From positions 1 through 64,000 of the IMG/VR virus record IMGVR_UViG_3300027668_000008: a stretch of 64,000 bases of DNA. The stretch is one strand, 5' to 3'. Made by a program: the position numbers and the translations under genes. Below the pieces are notes generated by a model. It saw only the letters and a list, made by a program, of their open reading frames with translations, was not told the origin of the DNA and made no database searches. Positions 55,450 through 64,000 of the stretch are shown here, one piece after another (the first letter of the stretch is position 1; each line of letters starts with the position of its first letter).

Positions 55450-55514
55450 AGATTTATTCTCCATCAGTTAATAATACAATTATATGTGTATTTAGGTTCA
55501 AAGTCAAGTTCTTT

Positions 55515-58172
55515 TTATTCAAAACTAAACAAATCATTAAATTTAGTGTTAGTATTGGAATCTAGCGTCAAGTCCCACCCCAATACGTCTAATAGGTTGT
55601 TAATCTTACTGTCAATTACAGTGCTTTCCATTGCACTATCATCAAACGGTAATTCTTTAAACCATTGTGGCAAATGCGGTTCATCAACTGGATAAGCCAC
55701 ACTAGTGTATCCTAGTGGATTTGCCTTCATTTTACAAACAATAACTTTGTGACCGTCTTTGATCTCGGTACTATATCTGTCACTGTTCATCTTTCGCAAT
55801 CTATTCCAGTTCATACTAGCTCTGACGTGTCCTGGCATATTTGCTCTTCCTTGCCGCTGTTCAAGTGCTTGGAATTTTGTCATGTTATTTGCACGTCTTG
55901 GGCTACCTTTTTCCCAACCTTGCTTTTGCATGAATTCTTCTTTAAACAACTTTACTTTCTCAAGTGCAGTATCTCTATCATCGCCAGTTAACACTCCTGT
56001 TAAGATGTTACTAAGAAAGTCTTGTACAATCTTAGGTGTATCTGACCGTTTAAGGTCAAGTCCCATTGCTTTAATCTTTCCCGGACTGTCTTTATCTGTG
56101 CGATATCCTTCGTTGTCGTATATAAGTAATGCATAACGTTTCTTTGTAATAAACAAACCTTTGGTTGCACATACTTCTCTACCACCAACAATAATCTCTC
56201 CATTTTCCCTAGGTGCATTAAAAGCCTTCTTCATAAAGCCTGGAAAACTTTCGTTAACTTTGTCGCTAATAGAATCATATAAAGCAGTACAAGTATCTTT
56301 GTTCCACTCTAATTCACCTTTCTCAACACGTTCTTTAAGAACGGGCCATGCACTAAAGTATGCAGAGTCTGTGTCACCATATATAATAGTTTCACCTCTA
56401 TGATCATACACGCCTGTTAAACATTCATTAACATATGCGTCCATGTGTTTTGCAATACTTCTGCCACACAATGTAGTACTTTGTCCAATACGTTTATCAA
56501 AGAATCTACAACCTGGATTAAGAATCGCACCATATAAACTGTTCAAGTTAATCTTTTTAACTAACTGTCGTTTATCCCAAAACTGTTTCTCTTCCGGAGT
56601 TGTTGCACTTGCTTTTACTTTTTGTATATCTTGTCGTTCTCTGTACCAACGTGCTAATAGTCCAGGTACAACACCTTCTATTTGCGAATTAAATATAGTA
56701 CCATTTGCACTTAACATCCAAGGTTTTTTACTTAAAAATATAAGTTTATAGATCTCTTTACCAGACATTATATCATGCGAACCGTTTTCCCATTCAAGTA
56801 CAATTTCTTTTTCGATGTCTTGTGACATAACTAGTTCATATTCGATACTACCAAACATACCTTCCCAAGAATCTGCAAAACTCTTCTTGTCAGCCATGCT
56901 ATCTTTAACGTGTCGGTCTGTGTAGTCCGGACGCAACTGTCCTACAATAGTTTCATTTCCCATGTTAAGAGCACGAATAGCCGAAGGATACAAACTGTTA
57001 ATATCAATACTACCAATCCAATCATGCAATCCTTTTTGTGGGTATGCCACATACGCACCAGCCGCCTGTGTGTTACCAAGTTCATCTCTACTCTTACGAC
57101 TTGGAACAACTAACCCACGTTCGTGTGCTTCGTTAATAATTGCTTGTTCTGTAACTGCGACAGCACCCATTGTTGTTTGTAACAACACTGTATTACTGTG
57201 TGCTAGTTCACTACTCAACTCCATAAATTTTAATTTCTTATCTAGTTTATCTAGTAGTGCAGTATCCTGTCTCGAATATTCAATAAACGTTTCAAAGTCA
57301 TTGTTATATAATTGATCCAGTGTGCCTGTGTATTGAACTTTGCGTTCATCTAATTCATATTCACCAATAGCATCTAAACTGTAACTATGCATTTCGTGGT
57401 ATGTATACTTACGATACAGTTGCATATAGTCCATGTGTACACGACCAATAGTATCAAACGTTAGTGTTTCACTACCAAATCGTTCAAACGTTCTCGACTT
57501 GGGTAATGCACCCCATAAACAAAAACGTCTTGTATCATCTTTACTCAGTACACGTTTAACTCTGTTTACCAAATACGGAATATCATAACCTTCACTGTTC
57601 CAACCAGATAAAATATCTGCATCATCAATAAGTGTTAAGAATGTATCTAGTAATTGCGACTCTTGTTCAAAGAAGAAACAGTTTTCATACTTTGCACAAA
57701 CCTTATCGCTTTCTTCCTTACTCATTCCTTTAGGCGGAATTGCAAGTGTTATAAGTTGATCAGTCCATTGTAAGTACAAACTAATTGCAGTTACAGGATT
57801 AAACGGATCCTCAGGCGGAGAGAAACCTCGTTCCTTATCGAAGTCAGTCTCAATATCAAAGAAACAAGTGTGCAACTTAGGTGCTTCTTGTCCTAGATAG
57901 TTTTCTTCTAAAATACGGAATACAGGATTAAAGTCGCTTTCATAAAGTCGCTTTTGTCCTACTAGTTTTATTTCTCTACGGAAATCTTTTATCGAACGGC
58001 ACTGGATTCTACTAACAGTGTTGCCGTGGATACTTTTATGTTTACCTTTCGGATCATCATAATAGAATACATATTTTGCGGGATAATCTTTATACACACG
58101 TTTACCGTGCTTATTTCGTTCGACTATTTGTATTAAGTCCTTGTCTCTATCAAAGAGTGCATCAACGTACAT
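55515..58172 (-). CDS. Family B DNA polymerase (T4 gp43-like)
   Basis: FFDIETD, WNSEGYD, YSRQD (3'-5' exonuclease); DINSLYPS, KINLNSLYG, YGDTDS (polymerase). Confidence 0.97.
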   Translation of the reverse strand: MYVDALFDRDKDLIQIVERNKHGKRVYKDYPAKYVFYYDDPKGKHKSIHGNTVSRIQCRSIKDFRREIKLVGQKRLYESDFNPVFRILEENYLGQEAPKLHTCFFDIETDFDKERGFSPPEDPFNPVTAISLYLQWTDQLITLAIPPKGMSKEESDKVCAKYENCFFFEQESQLLDTFLTLIDDADILSGWNSEGYDIPYLVNRVKRVLSKDDTRRFCLWGALPKSRTFERFGSETLTFDTIGRVHMDYMQLYRKYTYHEMHSYSLDAIGEYELDERKVQYTGTLDQLYNNDFETFIEYSRQDTALLDKLDKKLKFMELSSELAHSNTVLLQTTMGAVAVTEQAIINEAHERGLVVPSRKSRDELGNTQAAGAYVAYPQKGLHDWIGSIDINSLYPSAIRALNMGNETIVGQLRPDYTDRHVKDSMADKKSFADSWEGMFGSIEYELVMSQDIEKEIVLEWENGSHDIMSGKEIYKLIFLSKKPWMLSANGTIFNSQIEGVVPGLLARWYRERQDIQKVKASATTPEEKQFWDKRQLVKKINLNSLYGAILNPGCRFFDKRIGQSTTLCGRSIAKHMDAYVNECLTGVYDHRGETIIYGDTDSAYFSAWPVLKERVEKGELEWNKDTCTALYDSISDKVNESFPGFMKKAFNAPRENGEIIVGGREVCATKGLFITKKRYALLIYDNEGYRTDKDSPGKIKAMGLDLKRSDTPKIVQDFLSNILTGVLTGDDRDTALEKVKLFKEEFMQKQGWEKGSPRRANNMTKFQALEQRQGRANMPGHVRASMNWNRLRKMNSDRYSTEIKDGHKVIVCKMKANPLGYTSVAYPVDEPHLPQWFKELPFDDSAMESTVIDSKINNLLDVLGWDLTLDSNTNTKFNDLFSFE

Positions 58173-58218
58173 ATATTTTTCCTTTGTTGCTTATAGCCAA
58201 CTAACTGTGATTCATGCT

Positions 58219-58455
58219 CTACTGAGCGATTAAACTTTGTATAATTCCAATTATGTATATTAAAGTAAGTCCTGCGTTTAATACAATCAAACTCTTTTCT
58301 TTCCATAATACACCTACCACTACCCAGATAGCATTTGCCAAACAAAATGCATAACTGTAGTACGGATACATATTGAAACTTGCCATAGTAGCCGCGATTA
58401 GTAATATTGCAGTGCCAGTCCATGCGAGTCCTTGATATGGTTTTACTTTTTCCAT
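58219..58455 (-). CDS. Three-TM small membrane protein
   Basis: W..VGVLWKEKSLIVLN; paralog of 46356-46673. Confidence 0.65.
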   Translation of the reverse strand: MEKVKPYQGLAWTGTAILLIAATMASFNMYPYYSYAFCLANAIWVVVGVLWKEKSLIVLNAGLTLIYIIGIIQSLIAQ

Positions 58456-58643
58456 TCCATTAACTCCATCTCTACTGCATCTGCTCCTTTATTATAATGT
58501 CTTTCCACTAATTTTACAACCTTTTTAAATGTATCTGTTACTGTTTCTTTTGTTACTTTATTGCCTTTAGTAATAAGGAGGTTATAAGTAAGCAGTTCTG
58601 TGTCTTGCTCATCTGCTTTATCGTAACCTCCTATACTACTCAT
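58443..58643 (-). CDS. Small hypothetical protein
   Basis: ORF track. Confidence 0.55.
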   Translation of the reverse strand: MSSIGGYDKADEQDTELLTYNLLITKGNKVTKETVTDTFKKVVKLVERHYNKGADAVEMELMEWKK

Positions 58644-59194
58644 TATACTTTTGCTGTTTCCTTAAGAAAGGCAATAGCATTCTCTGGTGTTGTCTGTTCA
58701 TATGGATCGCTATCAGAACCGACGTTATTGATGCCGGGTTCTTCCCACCATTGTTCAATAACTCCATTATTGATAACTGCCATAAAACGCCACGAACGAT
58801 TGCCGAAGCCTACGTGAGTTTTATTAATAAGCATACCTAAACATTTAGTAAGGTCACCATTTCCGTCAGGAATAACTTTAACGTGCTTAATGTCTAATAC
58901 TTCTTTCCAAGCATTCATAACAAACGAATCGTTTACTGAACTAACATAAACATCATCGATGCCTAAGTTACGAAACTCTTCCATATTATCTTCAAACCCT
59001 GGTAGTTGTGTGCTTGTACACGTTGGTGTAAATGCCCCTGGTAAACTAAACAATACAACACGTTTATCTTTAAAGTAATCATGTGTTGTTTCTGTATGCC
59101 ATTTACCGTCTGCAAAACTGCAACCTTTTTCAAGTACAGTGTCGCCTGTTCTGACATTAAATTTTAATAGCGGGATTATTACGCCTGGTTTCAT
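58643..59194 (-). CDS. Peroxiredoxin (Prx5/redoxin type)
   Basis: LPGAFTPTCT; SVNDSFVMNAW; DGNG; RSWR. Confidence 0.92.
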   Translation of the reverse strand: MKPGVIIPLLKFNVRTGDTVLEKGCSFADGKWHTETTHDYFKDKRVVLFSLPGAFTPTCTSTQLPGFEDNMEEFRNLGIDDVYVSSVNDSFVMNAWKEVLDIKHVKVIPDGNGDLTKCLGMLINKTHVGFGNRSWRFMAVINNGVIEQWWEEPGINNVGSDSDPYEQTTPENAIAFLKETAKV

Positions 59195-59226
59195 ATATTA
59201 TTCCTGTTGTTTATTGCTAGTTGTTT

Positions 59227-59508
59227 CTACCACCATTGTGCCGCAACACCGTAACCAAATACGTTTACGAGACCAAAGTAAAATGTTAGTAGTGTTACCC
59301 AAGCCGCACCTCTGCGATAACTTGCATAACATTGTGTTATTGATCCGACAAAGAAGCCTGGATAAACAATAAGCATATTTGGATCTTTAGCATTGATAGC
59401 CAAAGTCAAACTTGCACCTACTGTAAATACAAAACTTATTAATTCAAGTCCAAAAGCAGTTGTATCACTTTTGTATGAATTTACCCAAAACGACCTAATC
59501 TTCTCCAT
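59227..59508 (-). CDS. Three-TM small membrane protein
   Basis: Three hydrophobic segments, YP.FFVG. Confidence 0.6.
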   Translation of the reverse strand: MEKIRSFWVNSYKSDTTAFGLELISFVFTVGASLTLAINAKDPNMLIVYPGFFVGSITQCYASYRRGAAWVTLLTFYFGLVNVFGYGVAAQWW

Positions 59509-59786
59509 TAATAAGAACTTATAGTGCCGATTTTACCTACAGTTGCAAGGATATTCTCCAGGCTACCATAATCTTCTGCGTTCTCGTCAAAGTTGCCTTT
59601 ATGGGCAGTTTTTATTGCTTTTTTTAATACTGCTGGTTTAATTTGCATTTCTTCTGCAATCGCTTTAACAGTATCGGATAGACCTTCGTTCAAGTCTTCG
59701 ACTTCTTGCATCACACTGATGCCTTCATTGATAACTTGAGTAAGTTTTGCTTTTTCTTCTGGATTAAATACTTTATCTGCACTCAT
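59508..59786 (-). CDS. Phage DsbA/GapR-like dsDNA-binding protein
   Basis: Helical; E..DL.EGL.DTVK..AEE..IKP..LKKAI; promoter TTGACA-N17-TATTAT at 59833-59861. Confidence 0.6.
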   Translation of the reverse strand: MSADKVFNPEEKAKLTQVINEGISVMQEVEDLNEGLSDTVKAIAEEMQIKPAVLKKAIKTAHKGNFDENAEDYGSLENILATVGKIGTISSY

Positions 59787-59887
59787 ACATCTGACTCCTT
59801 TTAAAAGTTAATATAGTTTATATATTGTTACTATAATACAACAAAGATGACGACTTGTCAACCTTTATTGCAACTTATTTTAGGATA

Positions 59888-60952
59888 TTATGAAAGTTTA
59901 GGATTGAACTGGAATAGCATTTCTTGTGGCTTTCCAGTAGTTATGATAGCAGGGTTCTTCTTGGCTGTGCTTACTTTATTAAAGTCTTCACCAGTACTCA
60001 TAACTCCTACGGAATTATCTGCCATGCTAATGCCCACCAATACTTGCCAAGCACCACCCATGTCTGAGTCTTTGTACCATTCGAAGTTGGCTCTAATATA
60101 TGCTTTTCTAACCTCATTAGGATCTGCTTGGGGTTTAGAAAAGATGTTTATAATTTCGGTTGCGTGACCTTGGAAGATCTCGCTGAATAATTCTTGTCCA
60201 AGTGCTTTACGTTCACTTGCTTCAGGATTTGCATTGTTAACAATACTTACAAAGTTTTCAACGTTTAAACTTGCTTGTCCTTCTAAGTATTCATTAATAG
60301 GACCTGCTAACCATTCGTAACTTGTACAAATGCCAAGCATTTTATCTCTGCTAGGTAATGCACCAGTTTCTCCAAAACGTCCACCGCCTGAACCTTTTTT
60401 CTCGCCAATAGCCGCTTTAACTTCAACGGGTGTATTGCCTACTGTAACATCTCCCTTACCTTTAATACCAATATCACTACTTAGAATAGCCAATGCGTGT
60501 TCCATTGGACCTTTCATAAGTTGACCAACACCGAAGCTCTTCATGTGTAAAAATACTTCTTTGTTAACGGCACTATCATAACATAACTTGTCAATAGTGT
60601 ATGTACCTGGGGTAATTAATACTTTAGGATTAATAACTTTGTTACTTGCTAAATTCTCTGTGAACTTCATTTTCTCTGCAAATGACAATGGTGCTTTAGA
60701 TATTTCTCCAGCAATCTTCATTACTTGCGTATCGTTGTATTCACCTTTGAGTATGGATGGTAGTACTGATGTGAATCTATCTAACACTTGGTTCTTGTTT
60801 AAAACAGTGTAAATTTTGTCAAGCACTTGCTCTGCTGTTTTACGAGCATCTTCGTCTTGTGTGTCAGGGTCAATAGCATTTATACTCTTCAAAATCTCTG
60901 CTTTAGCAGTATTTAAATCTGTATATTCTATTAAAAAATCTTTGGCTCGCAT
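59888..60952 (-). CDS. Putative PD-(D/E)xK nuclease-fold protein
   Basis: GPME...GKGDVTVGNTPVEVKA (E...D-x8-ExK). Confidence 0.5.
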   Translation of the reverse strand: MRAKDFLIEYTDLNTAKAEILKSINAIDPDTQDEDARKTAEQVLDKIYTVLNKNQVLDRFTSVLPSILKGEYNDTQVMKIAGEISKAPLSFAEKMKFTENLASNKVINPKVLITPGTYTIDKLCYDSAVNKEVFLHMKSFGVGQLMKGPMEHALAILSSDIGIKGKGDVTVGNTPVEVKAAIGEKKGSGGGRFGETGALPSRDKMLGICTSYEWLAGPINEYLEGQASLNVENFVSIVNNANPEASERKALGQELFSEIFQGHATEIINIFSKPQADPNEVRKAYIRANFEWYKDSDMGGAWQVLVGISMADNSVGVMSTGEDFNKVSTAKKNPAIITTGKPQEMLFQFNPKLS

Positions 60953-60988
60953 TGTTTATTCCTATTGTATAAAGTATTTATCACTTTA

Positions 60989-61276
60989 TTAGTTTGTATG
61001 TATCTCAACGATTAGGTCATTAACACCTTTAATAATCCTGTGATATACTTCCTTGGGTATAAAATGGGTCTCGCCCATTACTAAAACTTTAGGAATACTG
61101 TTATCCATTTGTAGTTGCCAACCATCACTGCTGATAACTTTAATAGTACGGTCTTCGTTATCTCGATGCCATACTAAGTCGTCTTCCCAGATTGTCTCTG
61201 GAAATGTCCTAATTTTTCTATTGTTTGAAATTGTTTTCTCTACGAAAGGAAAAACATTACCACCAAGTTCCGCCAC
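60989..61276 (-). CDS. Small cupin-like protein
   Basis: LVWHRD..DR; W.LQMD; IPK..YHR.IKG. Confidence 0.6.
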   Translation of the reverse strand: MAELGGNVFPFVEKTISNNRKIRTFPETIWEDDLVWHRDNEDRTIKVISSDGWQLQMDNSIPKVLVMGETHFIPKEVYHRIIKGVNDLIVEIHTN

Positions 61277-61832
61277 CAGATAATCCTAAACTTTTTGCAT
61301 AACGTGGTAAACGACAACTCCAGTATCCTGCTTTAGTTTTATCATTCTTGTTTTCGCAATCATGTCTGTCTTTAAATGCTTTTTTAGCCTTAGGGTCTTT
61401 TAGTTTAACTGCAAGATTACCGCCGCCACCTGCCGCACCGAATGATACTTTAATTGTGTTACCTTTTTTGTTCTTTGTGTATACATAGAACTTTTTACTA
61501 CCACCACGTTTGGGTTTATTTAAATCTACTTTTTTACCTTGATACTCTGCTTCGTGGACATTCATGTTGTCTTCACTAATAATCATATCTAAAGGAACTC
61601 TGCCATGTTCTTTTAAGTTAACCCATTCACCCAGTTGTGTGTCACGAAGAATCTCTTCATCAAACCAATGTAAGTCGTTTAACTTACCTTCTGTGTAAAG
61701 AGACCTTGCTTCTTTAAACATATTAAAGTACTCATCACTACCTAAACGAAAGACGCTTTCGTGCAGTGGAGTATTAGATTTTAGGTGATATTGTACACCT
61801 TCGGAAATGGGTAATAATTCTGTATATTTCAT
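61257..61832 (-). CDS. Phage protein, DUF6321-like
   Basis: KKFYVY....KVSFG..RH.C....K.KAGYWSC. Confidence 0.6.
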   Translation of the reverse strand: MKYTELLPISEGVQYHLKSNTPLHESVFRLGSDEYFNMFKEARSLYTEGKLNDLHWFDEEILRDTQLGEWVNLKEHGRVPLDMIISEDNMNVHEAEYQGKKVDLNKPKRGGSKKFYVYTKNKKGNTIKVSFGAAGGGGNLAVKLKDPKAKKAFKDRHDCENKNDKTKAGYWSCRLPRYAKSLGLSGGGTWW

Positions 61833-61840
61833 ATTAGTAT

Positions 61841-62551
61841 TTAGTTCAAGACTTTGTTAAAGTAGTTTGCTAGAGCCTTGTGTCCTTGCTGATTAGGGTG
61901 TTGCGTGTTATCAAATAGTTTACTAGTCATACTAAAGTCTGTTCTTTCGAAGTGTGCTTTACGCCAGTTACTGTCTACATTTTTATCTAGCCATGCTTGT
62001 CCAAACGTATTAGGTTCTTGTAAATATCCTAATTCATATACTGGACAGTCGTACATAAAGTATCTTTGCTTTTCTTCGAAGTACAATACATTAATTAAAC
62101 TGTGTGGCAAGAATGTTTCTTGTTTTCTCCAAAATTCTGTATCTTCAAATACAGGTATAAAGTGTACTGGGCAATCCCATACTTGAGCCACTATACATTC
62201 AATTGCATGAAAGTTATATAACGAATAGTCCATAACATTCTTTACAGTTACATTGTCATCAAACACTCTCTTTTGTGCATCTGCATACCACGGGTCTGGG
62301 TGTTGTGATATACAAAGTTCACTATTAACACTGATGTTTATAGTCATTCTGTTAATACTAGTAAATGCAATTATAACTGCTTCAACATCTTCGTCTGGAT
62401 AATCAAGACTTGCTTCACTTACTTGATCTGTTATTTGTCTGTTACTGGCACCAGCTCGTGCAAAGTTTTTACAGTCCTTGTCTAGTAATTCGGGCCACGG
62501 TGTGTGGTCTTGCCACTTTGCAGTCCAACTGTCACCAAACGTGAATATCAT
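61841..62551 (-). CDS. SGNH/GDSL hydrolase-like protein
   Basis: FGDSWT; ARAGASN; DNTQHPNQQGH. Confidence 0.7.
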   Translation of the reverse strand: MIFTFGDSWTAKWQDHTPWPELLDKDCKNFARAGASNRQITDQVSEASLDYPDEDVEAVIIAFTSINRMTINISVNSELCISQHPDPWYADAQKRVFDDNVTVKNVMDYSLYNFHAIECIVAQVWDCPVHFIPVFEDTEFWRKQETFLPHSLINVLYFEEKQRYFMYDCPVYELGYLQEPNTFGQAWLDKNVDSNWRKAHFERTDFSMTSKLFDNTQHPNQQGHKALANYFNKVLN

Positions 62552-63267
62552 GTTACATACTCTGTAAAGATACTTAACCCTGTTTTTTCTTCCATACCGT
62601 TTTCTAAAAAATTACTAGCACAATGTAGTCTAGCACAATCAAATATAATAGCATCACCTGGTACCCAAGGGCATTCTGATTCAATACTAAAACCTTCTAA
62701 CCATTCTTGTTTCATATGTCCTGTATCTGTATTAGGTATTCTATTGTCTTGATGTAAGTTATGTACTCCGGAGTATTCAAATATAGGCTCATTGCCTTTC
62801 TCATACATTTGTGCTGAATCTTTATTCTTAAAACACTTTACTGGTCTATCGAAATACATTTGATCAAATATGTAAAATTTTGCGTCATCTAACATAGGAA
62901 GTTGGTATGTTGTGTATACTTTTTCTAAAGGCAATACAATACATTTACCCGGAATAATAGCATGATCTTTAGGAACATCATTATGGAGTATGTGTGGTTT
63001 CCTTACTGTAAAGTAATTACCACCGAATGGTTTAATTTTTGCATCTAGTACACTTTCAACACGTTTCATTATGTTTTGATAATGATGATCACTTTTATGA
63101 GGTAACTTACTAACAACAGGACCTGTGTTCTTAAACACCTTCTCATGGTCCGGTCTATCTTTATGTATGTTTAGTAAGTGTATTTGTTCAACTTCGGATA
63201 AGAAGTTTTTAATTGTGATTGTCGGTGAAGTGTTGTCTATTATTTGCTGTTGTCGTTCGTTGAGCAT
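62548..63267 (-). CDS. 2OG-Fe(II) oxygenase-like protein
   Basis: LHNDV (HxD); GDAIIFD..RLHC. Confidence 0.55.
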   Translation of the reverse strand: MLNERQQQIIDNTSPTITIKNFLSEVEQIHLLNIHKDRPDHEKVFKNTGPVVSKLPHKSDHHYQNIMKRVESVLDAKIKPFGGNYFTVRKPHILHNDVPKDHAIIPGKCIVLPLEKVYTTYQLPMLDDAKFYIFDQMYFDRPVKCFKNKDSAQMYEKGNEPIFEYSGVHNLHQDNRIPNTDTGHMKQEWLEGFSIESECPWVPGDAIIFDCARLHCASNFLENGMEEKTGLSIFTEYVT

Positions 63268-63407
63268 TGTTTACATCTACACTGTTTGCAGACTTCAATT
63301 TGTCTGTATTCTGCTGGTTGTTCGCTAGGGTAGTCTTTTTCTTCTCGCCATAACGGACTTCCACAATGGCTGTGGTGTCCACAATTTTGACAAGAATTAG
63401 AAGTCAT
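63240..63407 (-). CDS. 55-aa Cys/His-rich miniprotein, not in the ORF track
   Basis: CQNCGHHSHCG...CKQCRCKQC. Confidence 0.6.
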   Translation of the reverse strand: MTSNSCQNCGHHSHCGSPLWREEKDYPSEQPAEYRQIEVCKQCRCKQCSTNDNSK

Positions 63408-63413
63408 TGTAAC

Positions 63414-64000
63414 TTATAATCCTGATAGGTATTTAATTCTATCTAACTCTACACTCTCGTTTACATCAGCGGCTAGTTTTTGCTTGTCGCCTTCGAGTTC
63501 TTTAGCAAGAGCAGGATCGGCTTTGTATTTGTCCGAACCAGATATAAATCTTTGGTATGCTATACTGTTTACTTTTTTATCAGCAAGTGTTACTAACATT
63601 TGTTCCATTTCTTTAACTCCAATTGAGTCACCTGTGTATTCTGACACTGGTCCTTCTGTTTCAGCAACACTATGGTCACCTTTTTTATTCATCATACCAA
63701 ATACTAGGTTTGTTACTTTAATCATACCTGCTTTAGTACCCATCATGCCAAGTAACTTTGCTTGGTTTTGTGGATTAATCTTATCAAATACTTGTGTAAT
63801 AGCACTTGCACTATACAAGTCTACACTCATTTGTCCGTCTGCGAACTTAACAGGCATATTTTGCTTGTCTGCAACAATCTTTCTCAATGTATCTAATGCT
63901 ACATTACTATGTGTTGCTTGTTCATCTGGACTTGCTATTTCTGTAATTTTGTTTTGTGCATAATAGTCAATTATTTCTTGTGCAGTGTCAAACGATTCTT
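63414..64000 (-). CDS. C-terminal part of a larger protein running off the window edge
   Basis: Frame stays open from 63887 to 64000; ends ELDRIKYLSGL. Confidence 0.7.
   Translation of the reverse strand, partial: ESFDTAQEIIDYYAQNKITEIASPDEQATHSNVALDTLRKIVADKQNMPVKFADGQMSVDLYSASAITQVFDKINPQNQAKLLGMMGTKAGMIKVTNLVFGMMNKKGDHSVAETEGPVSEYTGDSIGVKEMEQMLVTLADKKVNSIAYQRFISGSDKYKADPALAKELEGDKQKLAADVNESVELDRIKYLSGL

Noticed and set aside
55515-58172. Intein or intron in the DNA polymerase (also considered for thyX and the AAA+ ATPase)
   Set aside because: Lengths and motif spacing are normal; no intein termini or homing-endonuclease motifs are seen
1797-63963. Numerous nested or antisense ORFs of 60-180 aa in the track (e.g. 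3408-3821, 36602-37135, 42557-43045, 45162-45665, 63484-63963)
   Set aside because: They are shadows of well-supported genes on the other strand or frame, with no RBS or recognisable motifs
1-64000. Stop-codon reassignment or selenocysteine readthrough, as seen in some large phages
   Set aside because: Conserved genes are full length in the standard code, and TAA, TAG and TGA all end genes at the expected positions
1-64000. Bacterial chromosome or prophage origin
   Set aside because: No housekeeping operons, rRNA or integrase; T4-like replication genes, many tiny promoter-driven ORFs and tight gene coupling indicate a large lytic phage

Overview
A 64-kb slice of an AT-rich (roughly one-third GC by eye), densely coding large dsDNA phage genome with T4-like replication genes (family B polymerase, probable sliding clamp, RNase H/5'-3' exonuclease, ThyX, DsbA-like protein). 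It uses host sigma70-type promoters. No capsid, tail or terminase genes, tRNAs or CRISPR arrays were recognised. The window has four parts. (1) 1-2.9 kb: a compositionally odd zone, about 15-fold enriched in ACTAGT palindromes, with divergent promoters; a candidate origin or genome-end region. (2) 1.2-24.4 kb: a modification island holding 11 tandem radical-SAM enzymes in two alternating architectures. It also encodes its own Fe-S assembly parts (NfuA/NifU, SufE, IscU, a DUF1289-like protein) and tailoring enzymes (PLP enzyme, nitroreductase, SGNH hydrolase, GNAT, truncated adenylating enzyme, three sulfotransferase/kinase-like proteins, methyltransferase). Its substrate is unknown. (3) 25-46 kb: early and accessory genes (MoxR ATPase plus vWA-metallopeptidase, a subtilase lipoprotein, many small ORFs). 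(4) 36-58 kb: a 7-deazaguanine pathway (queE, queD, folE, yhhQ, a QueD-paralog resembling DpdL, a DpdA/TGT-like transglycosylase; no queC in this window). It is interleaved with a glycosyltransferase, two oxidoreductases, a HIT hydrolase and a PRTase, and abuts the polymerase. The pentamer GCWGC appears to be absent from the whole window. All annotations rest on motif reading by eye, with no database searches.
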